From Petromyzon marinus (lineage: Eukaryota): 64,000 nucleotides of DNA. The notes under the pieces are model-generated. The model saw nothing but the letters and a program-made list of their open reading frames with translations, searched no databases and had not been told where the DNA came from. Position numbers and translations under genes: made by a program. Where the stretch lies: positions 11,009,698 through 11,073,697 of the forward strand of contig NC_133715.1 of assembly GCF_048934315.1 (NCBI RefSeq), written 5' to 3'. Of the stretch, positions 13,930 to 23,400 are shown piece by piece; the stretch's first letter is position 1, and each line of letters begins with the position of its first letter.

Positions 13930-13980
13930 TTCACCTGAAGACGATTGCTTGTGTTGCGATCGAAACGTCGTGATTTTTTA
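13930..13980 (+). ncRNA. Minimal hammerhead ribozyme core in PLE terminal repeat
   Basis: CUGAAGA(13935-13941)-cGAUUGCuuguguuGCGAUC-GAAAC(13962-13966)-GUC(13967-13969). The 5' pLTR copy at ~11005-11040 has a degenerate CUGA box (caagacga). Confidence 0.55.
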
Positions 13981-14336
13981 TTATTTTATTATGTTTTTAT
14001 CTACGTGACTTTACCGAAAGACCCAAAGAGTACGATCTGTGATGCTGACGTCGCACGCAATGAACGAATAGACATGCGTGTGGATGACACGTGACGCTGC
14101 ATCCTCGCAGTGCACTGACTCTGACATCGCACGCAACGAATGCATCATTAGCCCTGGCCCAGCCTGGCACCGTGCCAGATTCAGTCTTGCGAGGCCACAA
14201 TATGAAAGTTTGCTTCTGGCTCGCCTCGACAAATGAGCCGTGGAAAGCCACCCACACCACGAGGGGTCTCATGCTGACGTGGCTCGGATGTGCCAGTGGA
14301 AAAAACGGCGGTCGAGTCACCACTACCGCGCAGCCC

Positions 14337-15440
14337 TCACAATGACTGCAGGGTCTGCCTGGGTACTGACGAGCCCCGGGGAAGAACTAAACTCTTAAAC
14401 ATCTCCAGCAGCCGCTCGTCCTCATCTTGTGGGATAACAGAAGAGCTCCTCCTGGCCGGCAGCTTCCTCGGCGGCAGCGGCGGCCCGTCACCCGTCGCCT
14501 CGGCGCCCAGGAAGTCCTGCACCCTCTCCTCGAGCGCCGCATTCTCCCGCGCCTGACTCAGTCGCCGGAGACGCAGCAGCACGGCCTGCTCCTCGTCCTT
14601 GTTTCCCAGCGCCGCCGCCAGGCCCGGCCGCCGCCGCGGAGGCCGCAGCTTCAGCTTGGCCTCCTCGAGGCCCTGGTTTTCCTGCCGGTGGCTGTTGGAT
14701 GAGGAGAAGAGCGTGCAGAATCGGATGATCCTCCGCTGAGACGGAGGAGAGGGGCCACCCGACCTGCCCTTGAGGCCACCTCTTTTGGGACTGCGGTAGT
14801 GTTGGTTACATTGCCAACCGCCTTCCTTCCTCGTGGTGGATTTCCTTCGGGACAGACCTTTGGCAGAGTTGGCATCGTTCCGAAAATCCGGCGTCCTGTC
14901 CCGCTTCCCCTTTCCGGCATCCAGCTTGTGATTTCGCCTCACCTTTCCTGCATCCATTGTCCAATCGTTGCTCACTCTGCCGTCCTCGGGCATGATTCTA
15001 GAGCCAACGCGCCCGGCGTTACGATCGACCTCGCGCGGCTTTTGCGTCCACTTGTCGAACGTCACGGCTTTCACTTTCCCCCTCCTCGCAACGCCGCCCT
15101 CGGATGCCTCGCGACCACCGTGGACGTTGACTCCGAAGGAGTTCCGTGTCTGCCAGGGCCCCTCGCTCGTCCTGCACCGCCGTCCTGTGTCAGCGAGCAT
15201 CGCCCTCTGGCCCGACGGGGCGCTCTCCAAGGTCCTCCTCAGGCTGAGGTTGAACTTCTCGTTGTCCCGCTGTTGGTTCTCCACCAGGAGCTCGGTGGAC
15301 TCGCGCGTGATGGCATAGAGGGCCAGGCAGCGTGCATGGGCGATGTCCTCCAGGTTGTCTCTCAGCCTCGACTCGAACGTGCGGTTCTCTTGCCTGGCTC
15401 TGTCCAAGTTGGAAGACTTAATCCTCTGCGTGATGTCCAT
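14337..15440 (-). CDS. Candidate host protein-coding exon (367-aa ORF, charged/coiled-coil-like, unknown product)
   Basis: Longest non-repeat ORF in the window. Composition is rich in E/R/K/D with heptad-like stretches and is not similar to the TE proteins here. The antisense ORF 14799-15584 is P/L/R/G-rich, typical of antisense of a charged coding region. GC-rich context makes chance ORFs possible. Confidence 0.3.
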   Translation of the reverse strand: MDITQRIKSSNLDRARQENRTFESRLRDNLEDIAHARCLALYAITRESTELLVENQQRDNEKFNLSLRRTLESAPSGQRAMLADTGRRCRTSEGPWQTRNSFGVNVHGGREASEGGVARRGKVKAVTFDKWTQKPREVDRNAGRVGSRIMPEDGRVSNDWTMDAGKVRRNHKLDAGKGKRDRTPDFRNDANSAKGLSRRKSTTRKEGGWQCNQHYRSPKRGGLKGRSGGPSPPSQRRIIRFCTLFSSSNSHRQENQGLEEAKLKLRPPRRRPGLAAALGNKDEEQAVLLRLRRLSQARENAALEERVQDFLGAEATGDGPPLPPRKLPARRSSSVIPQDEDERLLEMFKSLVLPRGSSVPRQTLQSL

Positions 15441-15719
15441 CGGGGCTGCCTTGAGGTAGCTGTTGGTTGGTTCACGGTGCCTGGGCGTAGGTCATCACAA
15501 TCATCAGCAAACGACATTGTGTATCCACTGAAGGTGCAGGACACCCCATATGATGCCACAATACATGCTCTCTCCTGTACATGAACTAACTGATCTCATA
15601 CGGTATGTATGTGTACGTTGAACTTCTTTCACAGCGTACATAGCTAGCAGTGCTAATCGCAGGTGCGGGGAAGGACAACAAACTAAACACAAAAAACAGT
15701 TCTAAAGAAATGTATTTTC

Positions 15720-15830
15720 CATCTAGAATACTTATAAATATATATGTATAATATATATTTATATATATTATACATATATAAATACGTAAATATATAAGTA
15801 TAATATATATTTATATATAAACCGCTGAAT
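15720..15830. repeat. AT-rich low-complexity / (TATATA-like) simple repeat
   Basis: atatatatgtataatatatatttatatatatta... direct reading. Confidence 0.9.
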
Positions 15831-17094
15831 GATTAGCTTTGAACATCAGCATGCGGTAGAAGGGTTTTAAAAATATATAGGAAACGTCTTGGGCAATGGC
15901 CTTCATACAGCAGTAGATCGATCATGACTCATGAGTGCTGCTGATGATGATGGCTTTGGTAATTCGACAACCTGTCTTTTTAAAACCAGTATAGTTGGTA
16001 AGTGTGCAACGGCACGGCGGTAAGGTCTAGCCTATATCAGGGGTCGGCATCCAATATAACAAGAAGAGCTATTCTTTATTCGAACTCGGTTACAAAAAAC
16101 TGAATGTTTAAAGCCGCAATGCACTGTGGTGAATACGAGACGGTGGTGGTCCTTAAAAAATGACGTCACGAAGCAGTCCTTAAAGAGCCACAGCACGCGG
16201 CTCCGGAGCAGTATGTAGAAGCTACATATGTAGCTACATATGTAGCTTCTATGTAGTAGCTATGGGCCCCGCACTTTCAAGGGCCCCGCGCTAAACGCTT
16301 TCAATCTATCAATTCCGGTTCAGTGATTCTGCACTTGCTCTATCACTATAGTACTATACTGCCTTCAACTTTTATGAACGACTGGGTGTTTAAGGTTAGA
16401 GATTTGTCGTATCATCTGGCTGTATTGCAAATGAAAGAATACAATTACTTTACATTTGTGGGTTTTTTTTTTAAATGTAGGGCCCCTTTATAACGTATGC
16501 TACAGATACCGCACTAGCCGAAGATTTCAGAGAACAGTGCCGGATTAAGCACGAGCTTACTCCGGCACTGATAGGGAGCCCAAGACTTTCAGAGAACATA
16601 CCGTGATGGGTGTCTCACCTTGAGTCCGGAGCCAAACTGTTGCGGCGAGACCGAAGGCGGTGGGTGCCAAGCGACAGGAGCCGTGCTGTCTGTGCGCGCC
16701 TCCGAGTTCACCCGCGGTGCGTGAGGTCAGCGCTCCGCCGCCGTCCACACACAGCCACATCCGTTGCGCTCTCGAGGATTTGTGCGCAACCCATTCTGCA
16801 CAAACACAACGGGTTCTACGGACTTCCTACAACAGCCACGGCCACCCGAGTGTAACTTCCCCCCCACCTCGCCAACTGTAGAATATAAATACACACGCAG
16901 TCGTTTCTTTTTCGCTTCTTTTCGTTTCTTTTTCTTTGTTTGCCCGCGACACTTCACTGACCTGAGGGTGCATGCCCAACGAGGAGTAAACACAGCCGTG
17001 AAAAGCGCGGTGGACGTGTCCCTGCGTAGAGCGACGACTTCGGCCAAGTGCTGGCTCAGCGACATCGCCCTTGGCATTACAGGTGACCCACAGA

Positions 17095-17470
17095 GGACTC
17101 GTCAAGAGCGCCCTCGTTGACTTGAGCAACCTCTTTACACACGCGTGTGTGTGTGTAAAGAGCTTGCTCTGACAAAGACAAAGATCCCCCGTGCAGCCTT
17201 AACAAACTGTAGGGGCAAGTGCTGTTAGCGAGCACCTATGAAGGTCGGGACGGTACGCGAGGGGGTGGATGGCCAGCACCACGCCCGGCCGCCTTTGTCT
17301 CCCTAGTGACGATATTTACACATTTCACCAGGTACTCATTTGAGGCTGAGTCGACCTAGGGGAGGCCCAGGACCGGTTCAGATAATCGTCACTGGTGTTG
17401 GCCGTGAGCGGGAATCGAACCCGGGTGGCCAGGTTCATAGCGCAGCGCGCTAACCACTACACTACCGCTC
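17095..17470 (-). mobile_element. SINE-C family copy (tRNA-like head GGGGAGCGGTAGTGTAGTGGTTAGCGCGCTG...GGTTCGATTCCCGCTCACGGCCAACACCA; tail ending in palindromic ctctttacacacac/gtgtgtaaagag)
   Basis: Reverse complement aligns to + copies at 18100-18375 and 50345-50640, and to partial copies at 50213-50340, 58135-58290 and 20085-20170. Confidence 0.65.
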
Positions 17471-17474
17471 CCCA

Positions 17475-17955
17475 CACTGACACACTCACGTGTGTGTGTA
17501 TCAGTGTGTAAAGAGCTTGCTGTAACACACACACACATACACACGCGCGTGTGTGTGTCAGTGTGTAGAGAGCTTGCTGTAACACACACACGTGTGTGTG
17601 TGTGTCAGTGTGTAAAGAGCTTGCTGTAACACACACACGTGTGTGTGTGTAAAGAGCTTGCTGTAACACACACACACACGTGTGTGTAGAGAGCTTGCTG
17701 TAACACACACACACCCACGTGTGTGTCAGTGTGTAGAGAGCTTGCTGTAACACACACACACACACCCACGTGTGTGTGTAAAGAGCTTGCTGTAACACAC
17801 ACACCCACGTGTGTGTGTGTAAAGAGCTTGCTGTAACACACACACACCCACGTGTGTGTCAGTGTGTAGAGAGCTTGCTGTAACACACACACACACGTGT
17901 GTGTGTGTCAGTGTGTAAAGAGCTTGCTGTAACACACACACCCACGTGTGTGTGA
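17475..17955. repeat. Satellite, ~35-45-bp unit (acacacacgtgtgtgtgtcagtgtgtaaagagcttgctgta), bracketed by head-to-head SINE-C copies
   Basis: Unit sequence resembles the SINE-C tail palindrome (gagcaagctctttacacacacacgcgtgtgtaaagag). ORFs 17389-17941 are translations of the array. Confidence 0.9.
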
Positions 17956-18099
17956 GGTCAAAGCCCCATCGTTGGCCTCAAAGACGTGTAACTTTCATCA
18001 CAAGTGCCTCTCTGTGTATGTACGCGTGTGTGTATACGTGTGGGGAAATCACATGCCCCAACAGTCTGGCAAGGCTATTTGGGGGATATTTTTTATTTG

Positions 18100-18375
18100 T
18101 ACGTCTGGGGAGCGGTCGTGCAACGGTAGCTCGCTGCGCTCCTAACCTGGCGATCCGAGTTCGATCCCCGCTCACGGCCAACACCAGTGGTGATTATCTG
18201 AATCAGTCTTGGGCCGACTCAGCCTTAAATGAGTACCTGGTGCAATGTGTAAACATCGCCACTGGGAAGACGTGGTGCAGGCCACCCACCCACTCATGTG
18301 CTGCGCCGGCCTTCATAGGTTCTCGCTAACAGCACTTGCCTCAACAGTATGTTAAGGTTATACGGGGCGTCTTTG
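18100..18375 (+). mobile_element. SINE-C family copy
   Basis: Head ggggagcggtcgtgcaacggtagctcgctgcgctcctaacctggcgatccgagttcgatccccgctcacggccaacacca, and shared body/tail with 17095-17470 (-) and 50345-50640. Confidence 0.65.
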
Positions 18376-18479
18376 TCTTTGTACGTTTTGCGCTAGCCGC
18401 AACATTACGGGGGCACTTTGCCGTTGCCTTTAGAACGTGGATCGCGTGGCGAGTAGTGTCACTGTGGTTACTAGAGCAG

Positions 18480-18665
18480 CACGGTCCCCGAGTTGGATTC
18501 CACAGCCACGGGTTGCATCAGTGGCGAGTGGGATCCGAATGGTTCGCCCACCGCTTCCGCTCCACCCGTTACCACCCCGAAATAACCAGCGTGGTGAAGT
18601 ATGGTCAAACAGCCCCCACGGATAACAGGGAATGGGGAGGCCTTCATCTAACCAGCAGTGGATGA
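18480..18665 (+). mobile_element. SINE-B family copy
   Basis: ...agcgtggtgaagtatggtcaaacagccc...ggaggccttcatctaaccagcagtggatgatc. Confidence 0.55.
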
Positions 18666-19019
18666 TCAAAAGGAAGTCATTTATTTCTTTTTAACTATGA
18701 ACAAATATAGGTTTATATTTTAATTCCATAGCTGAAAGGCTTTTAACTATCCTTGCACGCACGTATGTTTACTTTGTCGAGTGCCTTTTTTTCTCTCACG
18801 TTGCTCTTTAATGCATGGATTGATCGTTATTGATCTGCGCTGGAATGTTGCACTTAACATGCTGAGATTGGCAACCCACAACTCCCCTCGCAAAGGATAA
18901 TGTTGTCACAATTGTCTTATACTAATGTGTAACACAGTGGTTCATGCAGAGCAAATGCACACTTGCTTGAGTGAATAATGATCTTGAAAAAATTGTACAA
19001 ACAAAACTCAACACTTCAT

Positions 19020-19400
19020 AATAAAGGTTTTTGGGTTAGATCGCGTTTATTTATAAATGTGTCGTAACCCTCCACCACCCGACACGGCCAATCAGCAAAG
19101 AAAAGTGTCACGTTGACAAAAGACAAATAATTCACTACTTCAGCCCACCGGTGTGTTGAAGAGTTAATCCACATTCACAGTTTGAGTACGACGTTTCGCT
19201 GGTAAATACTTCCAGCATCATCGGGCAATTCGCCAGAATTCTGTAAATGTGGATTAACTCTTCAACACACCGGTGGGCTGAAGTAGTGAATTATTTGTCT
19301 TTTGTCAACGTGACACTTTTCTTTGCTGATTGGCCGTGTCGGGTGGTGGAGGGTTACGACACATTTATAAGTAAACGCGATCTAACCCAAAAACCTTTAT
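19020..19400. repeat. Palindromic (inverted-dimer) copy of PLE terminal-repeat family 2
   Basis: 19020-19200 is the reverse complement of 19225-19400 (ttgggttagatcgcgtttat...cccgacacggccaatcagc...caccggtgtgttgaagag...gagtacgacgtttcgctgg). The hammerhead-like GAAACGUC box is present but the CUGAUGA box is degenerate (CCGAUGA). Confidence 0.7.
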
Positions 19401-19513
19401 TATGAATAATATTGGTCGCGAAAGCCTACGTGTAAAACTCAACACCTTCTTCTTTGGTTCTTTCGGTAAAGTCACGTAGAATGAGAATAAAATAATAAAA
19501 TAAAACAATAAAA

Positions 19514-19563
19514 TTCTCACGACGTTTCGGCCACAACACAAGTCGCCTTCTTCAGGTGAAGAA
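19514..19563 (-). ncRNA. Minimal hammerhead ribozyme core (left arm of palindrome)
   Basis: Minus strand reads cacCUGAAGA-aGGCGACuuguguuGUGGCC-GAAAC-GUCgugag. One G:G mismatch in stem II. Confidence 0.5.
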
Positions 19564-19796
19564 ACCAAAAACTGTCGGGACGACAGGGCTTTAATGAACG
19601 CTGCTAAGATTCGTAGCGTCTTTTAAGCTGGTTGAGAGAAGAGATGGACCTTGACAAAGGGGTTTATATATCAAACAGGAGAATTTAGCATTGAAATAGC
19701 TGTCAAGGTGCATCTCTTCTCTCAACCAGCTTAAAAGACGCTACGAATCTTAGCAGCGTTCATTAAAGCCCTGTCGTCCCGACAGTTTTTTTTATC

Positions 19797-19848
19797 CTTC
19801 ACCTGAAGAAGGCCACTTGTGTTGTGGCCGAAACGTCGTGAGAATTTT
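19797..19848 (+). ncRNA. Minimal hammerhead ribozyme core (right arm of palindrome)
   Basis: CUGAAGA(19803-19809)-aGGCCACuuguguuGUGGCC-GAAAC(19830-19834)-GUC(19835-19837). Perfect 6-bp stem II. Confidence 0.6.
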
Positions 19849-22149
19849 ATTGTTTTATTTTATTATTTTATTCTCATTCTACGTGACTTTACCGAAAGAA
19901 CCAAAGAAGATGAATCCTTGCAGTCACGAAAGCTTGAAATCGAAAACTCAACACATTTGTCATAACGCTGCCCCAAAAGGAAATTATTATATATTATAAG
20001 ACACTCCTGTGATATAACAACATTGGCAATTATCTCAACTGTGTCTGGGCCTGTCCTAGGTTGACTCAGCCAAATATGATTCACGGTTGTGCTGCGTAAA
20101 GTACTGGAAGGCACACACCACCCCATCGGGTGCTGTTCTCGCCTTAATAGGTGCTCGCTAACAGCAACGATGGGCTGGAAAAACAATCAACGGAAGACAG
20201 AAAAGAGGAAGACCTGGGAGCAGATGGACAGAGGCAGTATAGAGACTCGGCACAATGGGATCGAACAATAACAACAGCAGCAGGGAAGCCGCCTCAAGAC
20301 CACAGGTGGAGGGAACTCGTGGCAACAGCGGGGTGGTTGTCTATAAACATGTGGCAGTTCAGCAACATTGGTTCAAGCAAGCCTCATTGCTGATGAGACA
20401 CTGAATGTTGAAACCGGTTCACCAGAGTTTGCTTGTGTTGAACCAATGCTGCTGTGTGGCTGGTCCGTGTGGCTGATGGAATGTGTATTTTTATTATTTT
20501 CTACAATGACGCGACTGAATATTTTGTACGTATAATGTTGCCTGTTTATTAAGAGCACTAATCCCAACACTGTTTTAAAGGCTACGATGAGGGATGATGT
20601 ATTTCAGCTACAAGCTGCTGGTACAATTCATCGTTGGATTATTATACAAATGCAATTATTTAAACGTGTAACGCTCCACCACACAGTATTCGCTCATTAT
20701 TTCCGAGAGAGCAGAAGCCACAGATAAGCAGGAAGGCATCCACGCGATGAGCCGCTGCAAACAATAACCCAAGCTCTGTGGTCCTCTATACATTAACGAT
20801 CCAATTAATGAGTGTTTACCTGTGGGAGGAAAACAGAGTACTAATCCCAACACTGTTTTAAAGGCTACGTCAAGAAGGTCTTATGGCCATGAATGCCACG
20901 ATCAAAATTTCCACGCGTGCGAGGGAAGAACACTCTATCCCATACAGACAAAACAAGTACAGTTCGCATGTTGTCTATACTGCCTTCACCTGGTGACACA
21001 GATTATGGCACCACCTCGACGCCCACGGCAAATGCGTTTTGCAACATGTGTGACCCACCAACCCTCGCGGCCTCCACAGCGCTGGGTAAGAGGCGTGCGT
21101 CGCGACCCAGGAGAGGGCCTCTCGAGCTCTGAGTGAAGTCGTCTCGCTCTGCGTGCGACACGACGCCGGTGCTCTGAGCGAGCAGAGTGGAGACGCTCGT
21201 GTTGACAGCTGTGATTGAGCAGCTGCAGCTCACGGCGAACCACTTGAGGAGTACGCGCGCTTTCATTTTACCACGTTGCTTTTATATTTATTTGTTGTCA
21301 AATGTAAAGCGCCCTCTGAAAATCCAATGTAATGATCCACTACAATCTATATCATTATGAGGCAACAGCAGCAAATTTGTCTACTGCTGGATAAAGGAAT
21401 TGGCTTTTGGATATGAAGACCTTGCAGCTATAAATATATTTTTATATTTACCTACACAGCATGTGAATCCACTAATTTGTATGCTCTCATAATTAAATGC
21501 AGATGCTTAGTAGATGATACTCGTTTGTGATGTGTATTGATTGGCACTGTGCCCTAACCATCGCGTTCTAAACGTTAATTACCATCAACACAAAACAATT
21601 ATCATCCGCAGGAAAGAATACGCAATAAACGTAAAATATAAAACCTATCAGGCTCACGAATAAAAACTATCCAATTATGCATTTCATGTCACAAATTCCA
21701 TGCATGTCTATTCAATTCTGCTCGTCGGTGAAAGGAGCAACGCATGTGTTGTACAGATGTAATCTTTATTCATTATCTGCGTTTTAATAATTTATTCCGA
21801 TAATTGAAAGCTGGCCGTCCGAGACATTTGCAGATTTTCGCTGAAAATCATATGGAACAGAACTTCATGCAACACGTAAGACTGGCTTTTGTATTGTTTG
21901 ATACAGACATCCCACGGATATCAAGCACAACTGGAAAAGACTGCTAAATAAACACGGATAATCGTTTTTATAACATTGAAATGCACAACCAAAGAACCAG
22001 AGAGAGACATTCGCTAACGTTGGCACACGTTTGAAAAAAAATCGCACACGGCCTGAACATAAAGCTACACGTGCGAGCAATCATTTATTCAGTCCCTGAA
22101 TAAGATCCCCAGCATGTGCAGCGAAACATCGGACATTAATCCAAACAAA

Positions 22150-23400
22150 AACGCATCAATACCTTACGAATAACAATCGTGCGCACAATGTACAAATCAC
22201 GGCCATTGTAACCCAAAGCAGTGGCGCGTCGTCTACAAGCAGTCTTCCCCGCCCTCGCTCAGGAGATGCTGAACTTCCTCTCCAGGATGCCGGCTGGAAG
22301 ACCATCCACAGGGGGCCATCTGTCACCGAGCTGTCCGCAAGACGGCGACGAGCACGGGCTCTCCCCGCCGCCAGCGCCGCGCTCCTTCCGCCCCCTCGGC
22401 GCCACCGGCGTGGAGGCGCAGCAGCTCGTGGCGGTGCCGTGCGGCTGACGCGCCGTCGGGTGCGGGGTGGAGGACCTGGCCCGGGATCCGGCGCGCCGGC
22501 CCGCGACGGGGCTGGAGCAGCCCGAGCTGCCCGCCGAGTCGGGCGCGTGCGCCGCGCGAGGCTCCTCGCGCGGAGCCTCTCGCGAGGCGCGCGTGGAGCC
22601 TCTCGCGAGGCGCGCGTGGAGCCTCTCGCGAGGCGCGCGTGGAGCCTGTCGCGAGGCGCGCGTGGAGCCTGTCGCGAGGCGCGCCGCGCTCCCCGGGGCG
22701 ATGGCTTCGCCACCGCTTCTGTGCGGGGCGCCGCGCCACCGGGCTCCGAGCTGCCAAGACCGTGGCCAAGGATTCCTCGCGTTCTGTGACCGACCGATCA
22801 TCCAAGCGACTTGCGTGCTGCAAGGGGCGATAGCTTCGCCGATTTACCAGACTCGGTGGCTCGAGCCGTGGCGTCACGTGAGGCCGTGGTCAAGAGGTCG
22901 AGTGGCGCGAGTGAAGCCCTGTCGCATTGTCCCTCGGGCGATGCGGTGTCGTCGTTATTCGTTGCCGCTTCGGGGGGGAACAAATCTCGTTTTGCACGAC
23001 CGCTGTGCGGGCGTTTCTGTGCCACCCGTCCACACCTTGGTCTCAGCTCCACAACCGTTCCCAGGTTCGCCAGCGGAATATCGCAGCTCGCACGCACTGC
23101 CAAAGGTGGCCACCACTTGCTCGTACCTTGGGGGCACCTTCACATGTGGTTGTCGCGCAGTCGAAGGAGTGCAGCGGCGCAGCGGTGGGTCCACTCTCTT
23201 GTGTGGCGGTTTTGTGAAGGTGTCTCGCGCTGTTCTCTTCCCTGGTGGGGGAGTGAACTCTCTCATTCACCGTGCAGTTGGTTTCCCTTGTCCTGTGGAC
23301 ATCGGTGGAGCATTTCAAGGTCTCTGTGGCCACGTTGAGTTGTTGGTCGCGCTGCTGAGAGATCGATGCCACGTCTGAGACTTGCCTCTCGTCACCCCCG
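22150..23400. other. GC-rich (CpG-rich) island containing a 23-bp minisatellite. All overlapping ORFs on both strands are judged non-coding.
   Basis: About 70% GC. ORFs are open in 5-6 frames simultaneously (22156-23429). Translations are R/A/P/G low-complexity. Confidence 0.7.
22555..22690. repeat. 23-bp GC-rich minisatellite (ggagcctctcgcgaggcgcgcgt) x ~6
   Basis: Direct tandem copies visible at 22571-22690, with a t->g variant in the last two units. Confidence 0.9.

Larger units (their letters stand above)
10995..14033 (+). mobile_element. Near full-length Penelope-like element (RT + GIY-YIG) with frameshifts, bounded by direct terminal repeats (pLTR family 1)
   Basis: pLTR copies at 10995-11141 and 13931-14033 in the same orientation. 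Internal ORF fragments carry PLE RT motifs (LPKIHK, GTPMGALLSP, YVDD) and a C-terminal GIY-YIG domain. Confidence 0.8.
19425..19950. repeat. ~525-bp near-perfect palindrome: inverted dimer of PLE terminal-repeat family 1 with a palindromic ~230-bp spacer
   Basis: 19425-19565 is the reverse complement of 19795-19950. The spacer 19566-19794 is itself self-complementary (ctgtcgggacgacagggc...gccctgtcgtcccgacag). Related copies at 55315-55600 and 55985-56230. Confidence 0.8.

Noticed and set aside
14799-15584. 261-aa plus-strand ORF overlapping the candidate exon
   Set aside because: Antisense to the more plausible minus-strand ORF, with P/L/G/R-rich composition. Judged a GC-driven shadow ORF.
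17390-18190. tRNA-like sequences (GGGGAGCGGTAGTGTAGTGGTTAGC...GGTTCGATTCCCGCTCACGGCCAACACCA at 17390-17470 minus and 18105-18185 plus; also 39241-39315, 27540-27670, 54660-54750)
   Set aside because: They have A/B-box-like motifs but no acceptable anticodon stem (e.g. CTGCG vs CCTGG) and are followed by shared SINE bodies and tails. They are tRNA-derived SINE heads, not tRNA genes.
19365-19999. Recurring small ORFs encoding ...LCCGRNVVRILLFYFIILFSFYVTLPKEPKK... (also 2405-2587, 3042-3356, 10886-11077, 62052-62330)
   Set aside because: The peptide is the translation of the ribozyme/terminal-repeat DNA (cgaaacgtcgtga...ctacgtgactttaccgaaagaaccaaag). It recurs because the repeat recurs, not because a protein is encoded.
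20555-20872. Local duplication of gagcactaatcccaacactgttttaaaggctacg (20555-20590 and 20838-20872)
   Set aside because: A short two-copy segmental duplication with no further structure. Noted only to explain the repeated peptide in ORFs 20656-20853 and 20822-21136.
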